Virus record (IMG/VR): IMGVR_UViG_3300033067_001511
Location: 1 to 41,992 of that record
Source of the DNA: a virus
Taxonomy: Duplodnaviria; Caudoviricetes
DNA: 41,992 bases
Reading direction: 5' to 3' (one strand)
Positions 36,601-41,992 of this stretch are shown here, one piece after another. The number at the start of each line of letters is the position of its first letter. Position 1 is the first letter of the stretch. The position numbers were made by a program, and so were the translations under genes. The notes below the pieces were generated by a model. The model was not told the DNA's origin and did not search any database. It saw only the letters and a list, made by a program, of their open reading frames with translations.

Positions 36601-39075
36601 TTTGATATATTGGAGCCTTTGGCCAATAATCAGAAAAAACAGGATTATTTTTGGAAATCATATGCGATAGCAAGAAGAGCAGAAGATTATAATGAGAGGA
36701 AATTGCAACTACCAAATGATATTGAAACTTACAGACAAACTGTAAGAAACCTTGAATCTCAATATCCTGATTTTCCTGAAATATTCCATAATGTTAGAAA
36801 ATACGACGATAATTTATTGCTAATATTGGTACAGGCAGGATTTTTCAGTAATAAACAAGCTAAAGAAATCAAGGAGCAGAATCCCAATCATATACACCTT
36901 TTTAGGGTTTTAGATGATGGTTTTGCAGGTATAAAATCAAGTAAAGGTAATCCGGTTAAATCGCTAAGAGGTGGCGGCCAAGAAATACTTAATCCATATG
37001 AGTCTATGGTTAATATGACATTTGTTATGTGGGGAGCAGCAAAACGGCAACAATTATTGCTAGAAATAGCAGATATGGCTAATAGAGCAGAGGGTAAAGG
37101 TGCTGTGATGGTCAAATCCCCATATGGATTAAAAGTTACAGAATTTAATTTAGACGAGGTTAAAAAACAAATAATAGACTCATTAATAAAACTAGAAGTG
37201 AATCTTGATGAATATTATAATGGCTTTGATATTGATATGGAATTTGACACAATGGCCAAAATTTTCAGGCCGAATTTTATTGCAAAAGCTAACCAATTAG
37301 CAATATATAGGAATGGTAATATTGAGCTATATGACGTTGAACCGGAATTGTACAAAGCATTATCCGGCATGAATCCTGTCACGTTTAATACAGCTATGAG
37401 ATTTATAATGAATATCGCTATGAAAGTTGGAGATTTTCAAGCGGCTAATATCTTGTATACTCCACGTTTTGTTGTATGGAACACAATACGAGAAACATTA
37501 ACATCATGGTTACAATCAAGAACAGGGATAACTATATTTGACATTGTTCGCGGAGCTTATAGTGTTATGAGTGCCGATGATTGGTATTTAGAAACAGTTA
37601 AGCGCGGAGGCACAACGGAAATGTATTTAGCAAATGAAGCTAGATTTGCTAAAGATATTATTAAAGACCTTAGTCTTGGACGTGTTAAATCCAAAAGGTT
37701 ATTTAATAAATTGAGGCATCCACTTAACACATTACGAGACGTTATAAAATTTACCGAACTCGGAACAAAAACAGCAGAAGCAAAAAAAACAGTCGAAAAT
37801 AATATGATTAAAAGATTTGCGGATAGTATTGGCAAAGGCGAATTTGTAACAAAAGTATTAAAATGGATTGATCCTAAAATACGCAGCCAATGGAAAGAAT
37901 TTTTTACATTGACAAACACAACTACTGCGGACTGGGATGAGGCAATATTTAATATGCGTGATTTGACTTACGATATAAAACGTAAAGGGAAGACAGTAAA
38001 AGATTTGCAAGTAAATCGTATATGGAGATTTTTCAACGCTTATATTCAAGGATTAGACCAGGCAATTAGAGTTACAAAAGACCCAACACGGAATAAACGA
38101 CTTCTAATAAGAGGCGCATTATTAGCATTGTTCTCATTATTTTTACACAGTTTAATTGAGGAAAATGAATGGTATAAAAAACTTAAACCTTACCAGAAGG
38201 ATAATTTTTGGAATATACCGATAGGAGATCCAAAAACAACTAAAATATTTTTACCGATACCAAGAGGGTTTGAATGGGCAATACCATTTATGGCCGTACC
38301 TGTTAGAATTATGGATTACTATAAAAACGATAATCCGGAAGCGTTCAAAGGGTTTATGAGTAGCCTGCAAAACAATTTTCTTTTCGAGGTAGACCCTATG
38401 CCACTAAGACCATTTATCGAACAAATGACTAATACAAGATGGCAAGGTATACCGATTGAAAGTTTTAGCGATAAGATGGTATCTCCTAAGTATAGATATG
38501 ACGAATATACTTCAACGGTGGCGAAAAACATTTCTAAAATAACAAATAAGTTACCGTTTAGAGCTGAAGCAATTCAATCGCCAAAGAGACTTGACCATCT
38601 TATCAGAGGATTTACAGCAACTACCGGTAATGTTATTTTGTCTGCGATAGATGAGTTGGCCGGAAAACCAAATTATAAATCTAGCGACTTATTGAATGAC
38701 TTGCCTTATTTGAAGCCAATAAAAGATGTTCCGGGTGTCAATGTTGTTATCTCAAGTTTTTTGCTTAATGCTAGTAAATCTAACACTATAAGCAATGAAT
38801 ACTATGAAGGCAGACAAAAAGTAACGGAAGCCTTTAATGACTTAAAGAGATCCGGAGTCATAGACAAAGATACTGTCGAAAATGTTATTTTGTATAAACT
38901 ATATAATAAATTTGACAAAACAATTAACGATCTTAAAAAAATTCAAGATATTTTAGAGGAAAAACAAACAGAGAAATCAAGAAATGAAATTAGAAAAATA
39001 GATAATGCAATTTTAGGAATCAAAAAAGACATGCTAGAAATTAGTAAGAAAATTGATGTACAATTAAAGAAGTGA
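27658..39075 (+). CDS. Giant polyvalent virion protein (3805 aa): ejection-like N-terminus, ART-like domain, DarB-like N6-adenine methyltransferase, SNF2-like helicase, HExxH metallopeptidase, LPD38
   Basis: YVGWGGL, VLEPSVGIGNF, GIEID and NVPFG (MTase); AHEVGAGKT, VDEAHRFKN, FATATP and QQEDGRGLRQGN (SF2); HEAGH at 35989; IPRGFE...SPKRLDHLIRGF (LPD38-like). AAAGGAGG RBS, TTG start. Confidence 0.92.
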   Translation: MAKNKLFNLIPEYSASDKVSTSSKVQNKVFDLIPSYFDTQEYKDKLKAQANALPSKYPTLPKTTLDTRSIESMFQRELGVSPGENINQETFKPLTPSEYLPRPLSSPKQNTFEPLSPMEYLSQKTPGKYDEFQKKWDGVMKAIDENPIFKYAQGVGSTVEKTLGISALRKWTGQEDLKNEINLNADKFSETNPYSSIATQVGSYILPVGGGMNILSKIPKLANKPILTGALSAGLFETGKGVLEEKPVKEIATNAATSAAFMTVGGATTRGLEKVGAKILQNSPQFFKNSIAAEITKSIFAGAGGGVVGGTAARQITNPGELPESKEMLYDAVLMGVMHGFNAIPNTIMQSRGVSEQLFADTVKFANTMDKLNSRAIIEPNTNKKIQYYNEMKDGIDKSLSNLYNNRFVGNNKIVTDLQESLMFGRNAIDNKINMLMRRPISNTSYDVTNMSSNMPNSPNTAMLNINTKPTGAFTPKQNAMQNIIKNLPTLIPTQVQKQIKNNQPEIKQPEAQQPEAQQTETIKYKHFTSPEGKIALESGKPFDYALKPIHGTGGLDNGPKEGRISSVPAIYLSLDDSEWGNKVDFIEKGKARPYELSDKGNKNLKSFYDYEEQKWMVIEGEYSNKPLDFVEYRIKPEAKIPIVDSIRKLEDISNYKGKKYYTDSDEFWKMLNERFDGVQFSNVKKYSQESKFFKSVMADQIVIFNKDAIEIQTSNKKEVVNKRDNDKPFDIINKYAEKILNDVIKQMESTDGKNYVPEKVKPEQINNMRSSYRDMYTRLYEHIQNKRFNDLTEILHSGNKHSLNMFQEITGKPMKNYAQIKEGIRSLDPEAYDIWLQKKKEKQEEESKTLKQKAKEERDKKFQDEIKQKEENEANKKINYKNRIITFKEFIQEIFNEGFRFQKTNEYGGFAITDTKKSFIDIKNWSKDARWYAKNELNRLQNEEIQKDEIREQEEYEAMPQEDKDYINNFFNKMPNSGIIKEGGVANGISDNEIGLDVRETSKNLSTEDVQKPTGEEPIDETYIRGAGESENSDSDNGIRGNEPRPSDGVSNTIATDTGGEGSRKQPAINQDYVIATQEDVIVDTSKKSRFNKNIDAIKTLLQIEKENRQATYQEQKILAQYVGWGGLAEAFDKYKSDWKDEHTLLKEILSEKEYESAHDTILNAHYTSIDVIKGMYEGLKHFGFNGGRVLEPSVGIGNFIGSMPQEDRAKTNVFTGIEIDSITGRIATLLYPNSDIRIQGFEKSKLPSNYYDVAISNVPFGKVRVVDTKFPDAITRSIHNYFFAKTLDVVRPGGLIMYITSSHTLDSKDTAGIRNYIKNKADLVGAIRLPNTAFKDNAGTEVTTDIIILKVREPNTEYQGEPFFKMVQTDMEKEYPNMYVDPNSMQINEYFKEHPENILGTLTYGRGAGGYYNVIVKGDERNIKESLSEAFKKMPAKIIDYTKTTKVLDTKTEVQQKAKTSTKNGSYEVVDGKLKINRHGNLQDVDKGLSTKDITRVKELLFLKDSARSLLTAQMNGLSDVAKLQKQLNKLYDDFVAKYGYINDIANHKHIADDPDVSFLLALENYDKKAKKATKADIFTENKIGPIKKVDKVQTSKEALVVSLIEDGLVDIDKMVALVGKSKDEILLDLAGLIYKDPLSGVYVPADEYLSGNVKAKLYEAEARAFNESEFKANVEALKTVIPKDKESWEIRFKIGSSLISPEIYIEFSKHLFGTRSQIEISQNKFTGEWIVREADNAGYNSIKRSKMNTEKWGIDVLNFKGINLLDKIMNGKSIVVVEKVGDQKVINQKLTALAQLKAENISEEFEKWIITHNEGNTIKQVVQDFNDRFNTDKLREVNGSHLPDTFPGMNINIKLAPHQKDAVWRAITSKAPVLLAHEVGAGKTFEMITIVMELKRLGLSKKSLIVVPNNIYEQWGIEFRRLYPGAKILVPTKEDLQQKNRKILMNKIAVGDYDGVIIPESQFTMLPMSIDNVEAFVNKKMAEFDNEIEMLQSERRANEKPTMTEKNLIRMRKNFQAKMETKIEKMKKDADNISFEELGIDSLIVDEAHRFKNLMFTTRQQISGLGNPSGSTKSFDLLMKVNYLHQLNGGKGIVFATATPILNSLSESYNWFQYLAPGMLESRGIYSFDQWLSIYARVEDIAEVNTTGSGYRIKKGVSKVTNVGQLATMFRTFTDFKTQEMLQLKRPDIKDNKYQLIEVPATEWQIKYIQELADRVELLKSGRVDPKDDNALKITSDGRKAALDPRLIDPSFVPLPGEVTKLDMAIEHIYEQWKKTKKDRLTHLVFIEMSTPKSKDEQKEEIEDGEDYSDADKTLDSVYQDLKRKLIAKGVPDSEIAFIHDAKNADQKVKLKNKFNAGEIRILIGNNEKMGVGIDLQVLTKTITHVDFPWRPKDLQQEDGRGLRQGNINKEIELYALITKRSFDARLWNNLERKSQVIDSFLNADINDVEVEDPSAQALSAQEIAAIATDNPLMQEQVVVNKELNKLKTEKKAFEESKSKQLTELPKIKANIEQNKILLQFYKELATKVKSIVGDNFTANINGKTFNKMMDADEYIRTLRDANAKKVMLGEIVRIPANIAGIIDGIEVRYQPVTQTAYVLFMVGKKSFMDAQNMSGLSHNIKVLPDHISRLEQYIKTLINDEKIMIEESQKTFTKSERLKELLIRASEISRILNPEQVINEYEIDNEEDGESSKSKNEKTYKLTGYNPYELPPASGKNKSGKSKRASEIIQDFEARFLNKVRVGKIRNARVLGYFQIKSHVIRLRKANDIPTFTHEAGHLISKIYRLSKVGTISKTGFNTRKVIDELIQLGKATTKSTNKAALREEGIAEFIRIFLTDQPQAFARAPETFEYFKKIVDPDLLGFLNERMQDIWDLVNLNPEDRVMRDVWDKEEVDKERKKAEGLKLKLEQFYTQTVDEYFPVIKDAKILAGPEGEKRIKELVAQNRGYESSAMFSINPKGIKGMYQSDLYGNKVGPSLFDILEPLANNQKKQDYFWKSYAIARRAEDYNERKLQLPNDIETYRQTVRNLESQYPDFPEIFHNVRKYDDNLLLILVQAGFFSNKQAKEIKEQNPNHIHLFRVLDDGFAGIKSSKGNPVKSLRGGGQEILNPYESMVNMTFVMWGAAKRQQLLLEIADMANRAEGKGAVMVKSPYGLKVTEFNLDEVKKQIIDSLIKLEVNLDEYYNGFDIDMEFDTMAKIFRPNFIAKANQLAIYRNGNIELYDVEPELYKALSGMNPVTFNTAMRFIMNIAMKVGDFQAANILYTPRFVVWNTIRETLTSWLQSRTGITIFDIVRGAYSVMSADDWYLETVKRGGTTEMYLANEARFAKDIIKDLSLGRVKSKRLFNKLRHPLNTLRDVIKFTELGTKTAEAKKTVENNMIKRFADSIGKGEFVTKVLKWIDPKIRSQWKEFFTLTNTTTADWDEAIFNMRDLTYDIKRKGKTVKDLQVNRIWRFFNAYIQGLDQAIRVTKDPTRNKRLLIRGALLALFSLFLHSLIEENEWYKKLKPYQKDNFWNIPIGDPKTTKIFLPIPRGFEWAIPFMAVPVRIMDYYKNDNPEAFKGFMSSLQNNFLFEVDPMPLRPFIEQMTNTRWQGIPIESFSDKMVSPKYRYDEYTSTVAKNISKITNKLPFRAEAIQSPKRLDHLIRGFTATTGNVILSAIDELAGKPNYKSSDLLNDLPYLKPIKDVPGVNVVISSFLLNASKSNTISNEYYEGRQKVTEAFNDLKRSGVIDKDTVENVILYKLYNKFDKTINDLKKIQDILEEKQTEKSRNEIRKIDNAILGIKKDMLEISKKIDVQLKK
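30591..30613 (+). promoter_or_regulatory. Internal extended -10 promoter (TGgTATAAT) and RBS (GGAGGTG) inside the giant gene
   Basis: TG 30591-92, TATAAT 30594-99, GGAGGTG 30607-13, ATG 30620; weak -35 (tttaat). Confidence 0.75.
30620..30868 (+). CDS. Nested +1-frame gene, 82-aa TnpV-like helical protein
   Basis: Own promoter and RBS. MAYPITRLGLMYEKHLKTYLPKMYKNLLEKNQLMKHIFEEQEKAKTLIATMVSEG... resembles the TnpV G...YLK...P..Y..LL..G.L..HL pattern. The host frame here is a low-complexity G/S/D/E linker. Confidence 0.75.
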   Translation: MAYPITRLGLMYEKHLKTYLPKMYKNLLEKNQLMKHIFEEQEKAKTLIATMVSEGMNHDQAMELAIQSLLIPAEKGQENNLL

Positions 39076-39082
39076 AAAAATT

Positions 39083-39126
39083 TATTAACAAAGACTGTAT
39101 TTTATATCATACAATCTTTGTTAATA
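39083..39126. terminator. Long hairpin between the giant gene and the holin
   Basis: tattaacaaaga-c-tgtat / ataca-a-tctttgttaata; U tract only on the minus strand. Confidence 0.6.
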
Positions 39127-39151
39127 GCAACCTATGTTTCGGGGGTGTTGT

Positions 39152-39550
39152 ATGCTTCTATCTAAGATTTGGTTAACAGCCGTATTAAGTTTTGTCGCGT
39201 ATTTATTAGGGGGATACGATATGGGCATACAGACGTTAATTATAATTGTCGTCTTAGATTACATAACTGGTATGCTCAAGGCTATAATCAATAAAGAACT
39301 AAATAGTTACATAGGGTGGAGAGGTCTTTGTAAAAAAGCAGGAATATTTATATGTATTATAGTTGCGGTACAGGTTGAGAATTTAATAAGTCAACCAGAG
39401 ACGCTGCATAATTTTGTTGCATTTGCTTTTACTGTCAACGAGGGGATTAGTATTTTAGAGAATTTGGTTGAAATGGGCGTACCGGTACCGGACTTTTTAA
39501 TTCAATATTTAAAAAAAATGAAAGATAAGGACGGTGATAAAAATGGTTAA
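39152..39550 (+). CDS. Holin (Phage_holin_4_1/Cph1 family)
   Basis: LGGYD, LDYITG, LNSYIGWRGLCKK and NEGISILENL..MGVPVP. Confidence 0.93.
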   Translation: MLLSKIWLTAVLSFVAYLLGGYDMGIQTLIIIVVLDYITGMLKAIINKELNSYIGWRGLCKKAGIFICIIVAVQVENLISQPETLHNFVAFAFTVNEGISILENLVEMGVPVPDFLIQYLKKMKDKDGDKNG

Positions 39551-40247
39551 CATTATACTTTCGCCATCACAACAGACTAAAAACCAATGTGCAATGGGAG
39601 ATTCTGAGGCGGACCACTGTTATGATATTGCAAAAATAACATATGAGTTATTAAAAGATTATGAGTGTAATGTTTGTTTAATTCCTAAAGAATTGAATTA
39701 TTTACAAGATGTTGTTAATTATTCTAATGATTTTGTAAATAAACATCCAGGGATACCAAGTTTTCACCTTGATATACATACTGATGCAGGATATAACGGG
39801 AAAGGTTCAAGTGGATTCTATGTATCGGAGAATGGGAGACAATTTATATCTATAATACAAAGAGAGATAGCAAAGGTTACACCGTGGCTTGATAGTGGTG
39901 TGACAGAGCGTGACAATTTATATGTATTAAATTACACATCAGCATATGCCGGCTTAATTGAATTGAGTTTTCATGATAGGCTAAATGAAGCAAAACATTT
40001 GCATACACAAAAAGACTTGTATGCTCAAGGACTTCTTAGTGGTTTAGTCAAAGCTTGTGGATTAGTGCAAAAAAAAAAGAAGATAAAAATTGATTATGGT
40101 TTCGAAAATTGTGTTGAAGTTTTAGTTAAGAATGGTATTATTGAGGACAGTAAATATTGGATTGTGAATGAATACTATGATCCAACTTTTGTTAAAATTT
40201 TAATAGAGAAGACTGCAAGAAGATTATTTCAACTTACTGGGGTTTAA
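39543..40247 (+). CDS. Endolysin, N-acetylmuramoyl-L-alanine amidase (Amidase_3, SPSxQ subtype)
   Basis: IILSPSQQ, SEAD, DIHTDA, LYVLNYT and LIELSFHD; follows the holin. Confidence 0.88.
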   Translation: MVNIILSPSQQTKNQCAMGDSEADHCYDIAKITYELLKDYECNVCLIPKELNYLQDVVNYSNDFVNKHPGIPSFHLDIHTDAGYNGKGSSGFYVSENGRQFISIIQREIAKVTPWLDSGVTERDNLYVLNYTSAYAGLIELSFHDRLNEAKHLHTQKDLYAQGLLSGLVKACGLVQKKKKIKIDYGFENCVEVLVKNGIIEDSKYWIVNEYYDPTFVKILIEKTARRLFQLTGV

Positions 40248-40268
40248 ATAAAGAAAGGGATAAAACAT

Positions 40269-40721
40269 ATGAGAAAGTATATAGGGATAAAATTGATTGA
40301 TGCAGAGCCAATGAGTCTAGGCGAATATAATAATTTTAAAAGGTGGGCCATACCGGCGAATGAGAATCCTGACAAGGAGGGGTATAAAGTTAAATATTCG
40401 GACAATTATATATCCTGGAGTCCAAAAGAAATATTTGATAGTTCACATTTAAAACTAACTGATCCTGAAGGTACAAGAATACTTCAAGAAGATGTTGATA
40501 ATTTTATCTTATTTAGTCAATCATCTAAGATAGGCGATAAAACAACAATTCTTCATACCACACTAAAAAACGATTTTGAATTACTAGAATCGAGTGCTTG
40601 TGTTGATCCAGATAATTTTAATATAGAAATTGGAACGCAAATATGTCTTGATAAAATACGAGATAGAGTTTGGGGTTATTTGGGTTTTTTATTACAGTGT
40701 GCAAAAGGTGGTATGAAATAA
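40269..40721 (+). CDS. Two-domain protein: YIG.K/SWSPK domain fused to a Gp49-family (N4 gp49/Sf6 gp66; Acb4-like) domain
   Basis: N-terminal KYIGIK.I.AEPM..GEY...GYKVKY.D.Y.SWSPKEIF; C-terminal TTI....LKNDF...ESSACVDPDNFN.EIG..IC.......W..LGFLLQ. Confidence 0.8.
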   Translation: MRKYIGIKLIDAEPMSLGEYNNFKRWAIPANENPDKEGYKVKYSDNYISWSPKEIFDSSHLKLTDPEGTRILQEDVDNFILFSQSSKIGDKTTILHTTLKNDFELLESSACVDPDNFNIEIGTQICLDKIRDRVWGYLGFLLQCAKGGMK

Positions 40722-41098
40722 TGCAAAAATTAAACACAATTCAAAAAAGAGAAAATTTAAACGAAGTTAGGATTCATGGCGAAAAAGGGAATGGAGGAGC
40801 ATATCATACTTATGAAATATTTGGAGAAGTAGTAACAGATAGTGGACTTGGATCTATGTTATCGGTATTTATAAAGTTTCAAGATGGTTCTAGAAGATTA
40901 TCAACTTCTACATCTGGTATTTTAGATGTTGATTTGTTAGAAATTGTAAGACATAGGTTACAATGTTTTCAGCAGGGTGAGTTTGCAACAAGAGAAAATG
41001 CAATAGCTTTAACTCACATAGAAGAAGCTTTGCTTTGGATGAATAAAAGAGTCGAAGATAGAATAGAAAGAAATGTATTAGGTACTAATGAAAAATAA
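40721..41098 (+). CDS. tad1: Thoeris anti-defence sponge Tad1
   Basis: L.TIQKRE.LN.V...G..G.GGAYH.Y, IKFQ.G, DLLEIVR.RL..FQ.G.F..RENA.ALTH.EEAL.WMN.RVEDRIERNVLGT; closely matches clostridial Tad1 as I recall it. TAATG coupling to the upstream gene. Confidence 0.9.
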   Translation: MQKLNTIQKRENLNEVRIHGEKGNGGAYHTYEIFGEVVTDSGLGSMLSVFIKFQDGSRRLSTSTSGILDVDLLEIVRHRLQCFQQGEFATRENAIALTHIEEALLWMNKRVEDRIERNVLGTNEK

Positions 41099-41101
41099 TT
41101 A

Positions 41102-41148
41102 AATGACAAGGTTGTGGAACGAGTTCTTCTGCCCATAACCTTATCATT
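41102..41148. terminator. Hairpin between convergent tad1 and TPR genes
   Basis: aatga-c-aaggttgtgg ... ccataacctt-a-tcatt. Confidence 0.6.
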
Positions 41149-41179
41149 ATAATTGTTGTGAAAAGGAAAGATTATTTTT

Positions 41180-41782
41180 CTATGGGAAGTTGCCAATTGT
41201 TGCGTTATATATTGCTCTGATGTTATTTTCGGGAATGAGATTTGTGATTGTGGTATCGTTCACAAGAAATTCTATTGAAGTTATATCCAAGATGGCCATT
41301 CTTTTAATGTTTTGAATACAGCCTTCTCTGTTATTTAATAATGCGTGGACCCTGGCTAAGTCGTTATAACTTGATATTTTGTCGGGGAATAATTCAACTG
41401 CTTTTTGGAATGAGAGGAGTGCATCCGCTGGGTTGTTCTTTTGGAGATAAGCATAACCTAAGGATGGATAACCGTTAAATGTCATTGGGAATATTTCTAT
41501 GGCTGATTTGTAGAGGTCTATGGCTATGTCAATATTACCTTTACTCTGATGGTCATAGCCGGCAATCATTTTTTGAGTGGATTCCTGGAGCTTGTTAAAT
41601 TCGATTAAAAAATCGTATTTTAGACTATCAAGCTTGTCTTTGATTCTTTCGTCTACTATTTTGTGTGCTCTTTTTAAATTAATATAGCCAAAAAAGAGTA
41701 AAAACATTGCTATGACTGCAATAAAAAAACTTCCAACGGTCATTATTAGGTTTAAATATGTTAAAGTAGAATCAATTGGCAT
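41180..41782 (-). CDS. Membrane-anchored TPR protein (moron-like)
   Basis: TM segment (LIMTVGSFFIAVIAMFLLFFGYI), then about 3 TPRs (AIDLYKSAIEIFP, LGYAYLQ...ALLSFQKAVELFP). ATG 41782 has better GAAAGGA spacing than 41794. Confidence 0.85.
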   Translation of the reverse strand: MPIDSTLTYLNLIMTVGSFFIAVIAMFLLFFGYINLKRAHKIVDERIKDKLDSLKYDFLIEFNKLQESTQKMIAGYDHQSKGNIDIAIDLYKSAIEIFPMTFNGYPSLGYAYLQKNNPADALLSFQKAVELFPDKISSYNDLARVHALLNNREGCIQNIKRMAILDITSIEFLVNDTTITNLIPENNIRAIYNATIGNFP

Positions 41783-41800
41783 TTTAATAAACATCCTTTC

Positions 41801-41992
41801 TTATAATTTGGGGAAAAGAATCAGTGTAAAGTTCCATTTCACTTTACCTGCATAGGTGGGGTTTCGTATAATAGTTTGTATACTACTGTTTACCCATACA
41901 TCACCTTTTTGTGGCGGTATTCTTAGTTGGTTGAGTCTGCGAACTATAAGACCTACACCTATACGTTTTTGTTTTCCTTCGGACATAATGCC
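41801..41992 (-). pseudogene. Second, rearranged serine recombinase copy (mid-gene segment fused in frame to FTLILFPKL-stop); 5' part off the right edge
   Basis: 41830-41992 matches 742-904 at 158/163 nt with identical protein; junction KVKWN|FTLILFPKL*. Confidence 0.8.

Noticed and set aside
28497-38531. Minus-strand ORFs within the giant gene (e.g. 30555..30815, 31708..32100, 37557..37919)
   Set aside because: Antisense shadows with S/L/F/I-rich composition and no convincing RBS.
1-41992. tRNA, rRNA, IS elements, introns/inteins, canonical attL/attR core repeats
   Set aside because: None recognised by eye; terL, capsid and helicase motifs appear uninterrupted. A short serine-integrase att site could not be identified without flanks.

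Overview
AT-rich, essentially complete (~41 kb) temperate phage/prophage of a Firmicute. Strong GGAGG RBSs, sigma-A promoters, an LQLF Prp motif and the protein families suggest Clostridia. Gene order: large serine recombinase (minus strand, runs off the left edge), accessory genes (HTH, Panacea antitoxin plus a membrane ORF, truncated dinD), cI/cro switch with five 17-bp operators, replication/recombination genes (initiator with internal iterons, ssDNA-annealing protein, VRR-NUC), late activator, terS/terL, and podovirus (P22-like) morphogenesis genes with no tape measure. These are followed by a 735-aa putative ejection protein, a 3805-aa polyvalent protein (ART-like, DarB-like N6-methyltransferase and SNF2 helicase, HExxH peptidase, LPD38), holin, amidase, two anti-defence sponge genes (Gp49/Acb4-like fusion and tad1) and a TPR membrane gene. 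The window ends in a second, slightly diverged copy of part of the recombinase gene. Most notable: (1) an 82-codon TnpV-like gene with its own extended -10 promoter and perfect RBS overprinted in the +1 frame inside the giant gene, just before the methyltransferase domain; (2) the odd in-frame recombinase junction at the right end; (3) the sponge cassette with an uncharacterised fused domain. All family calls come from motif recognition by eye, not database searches.
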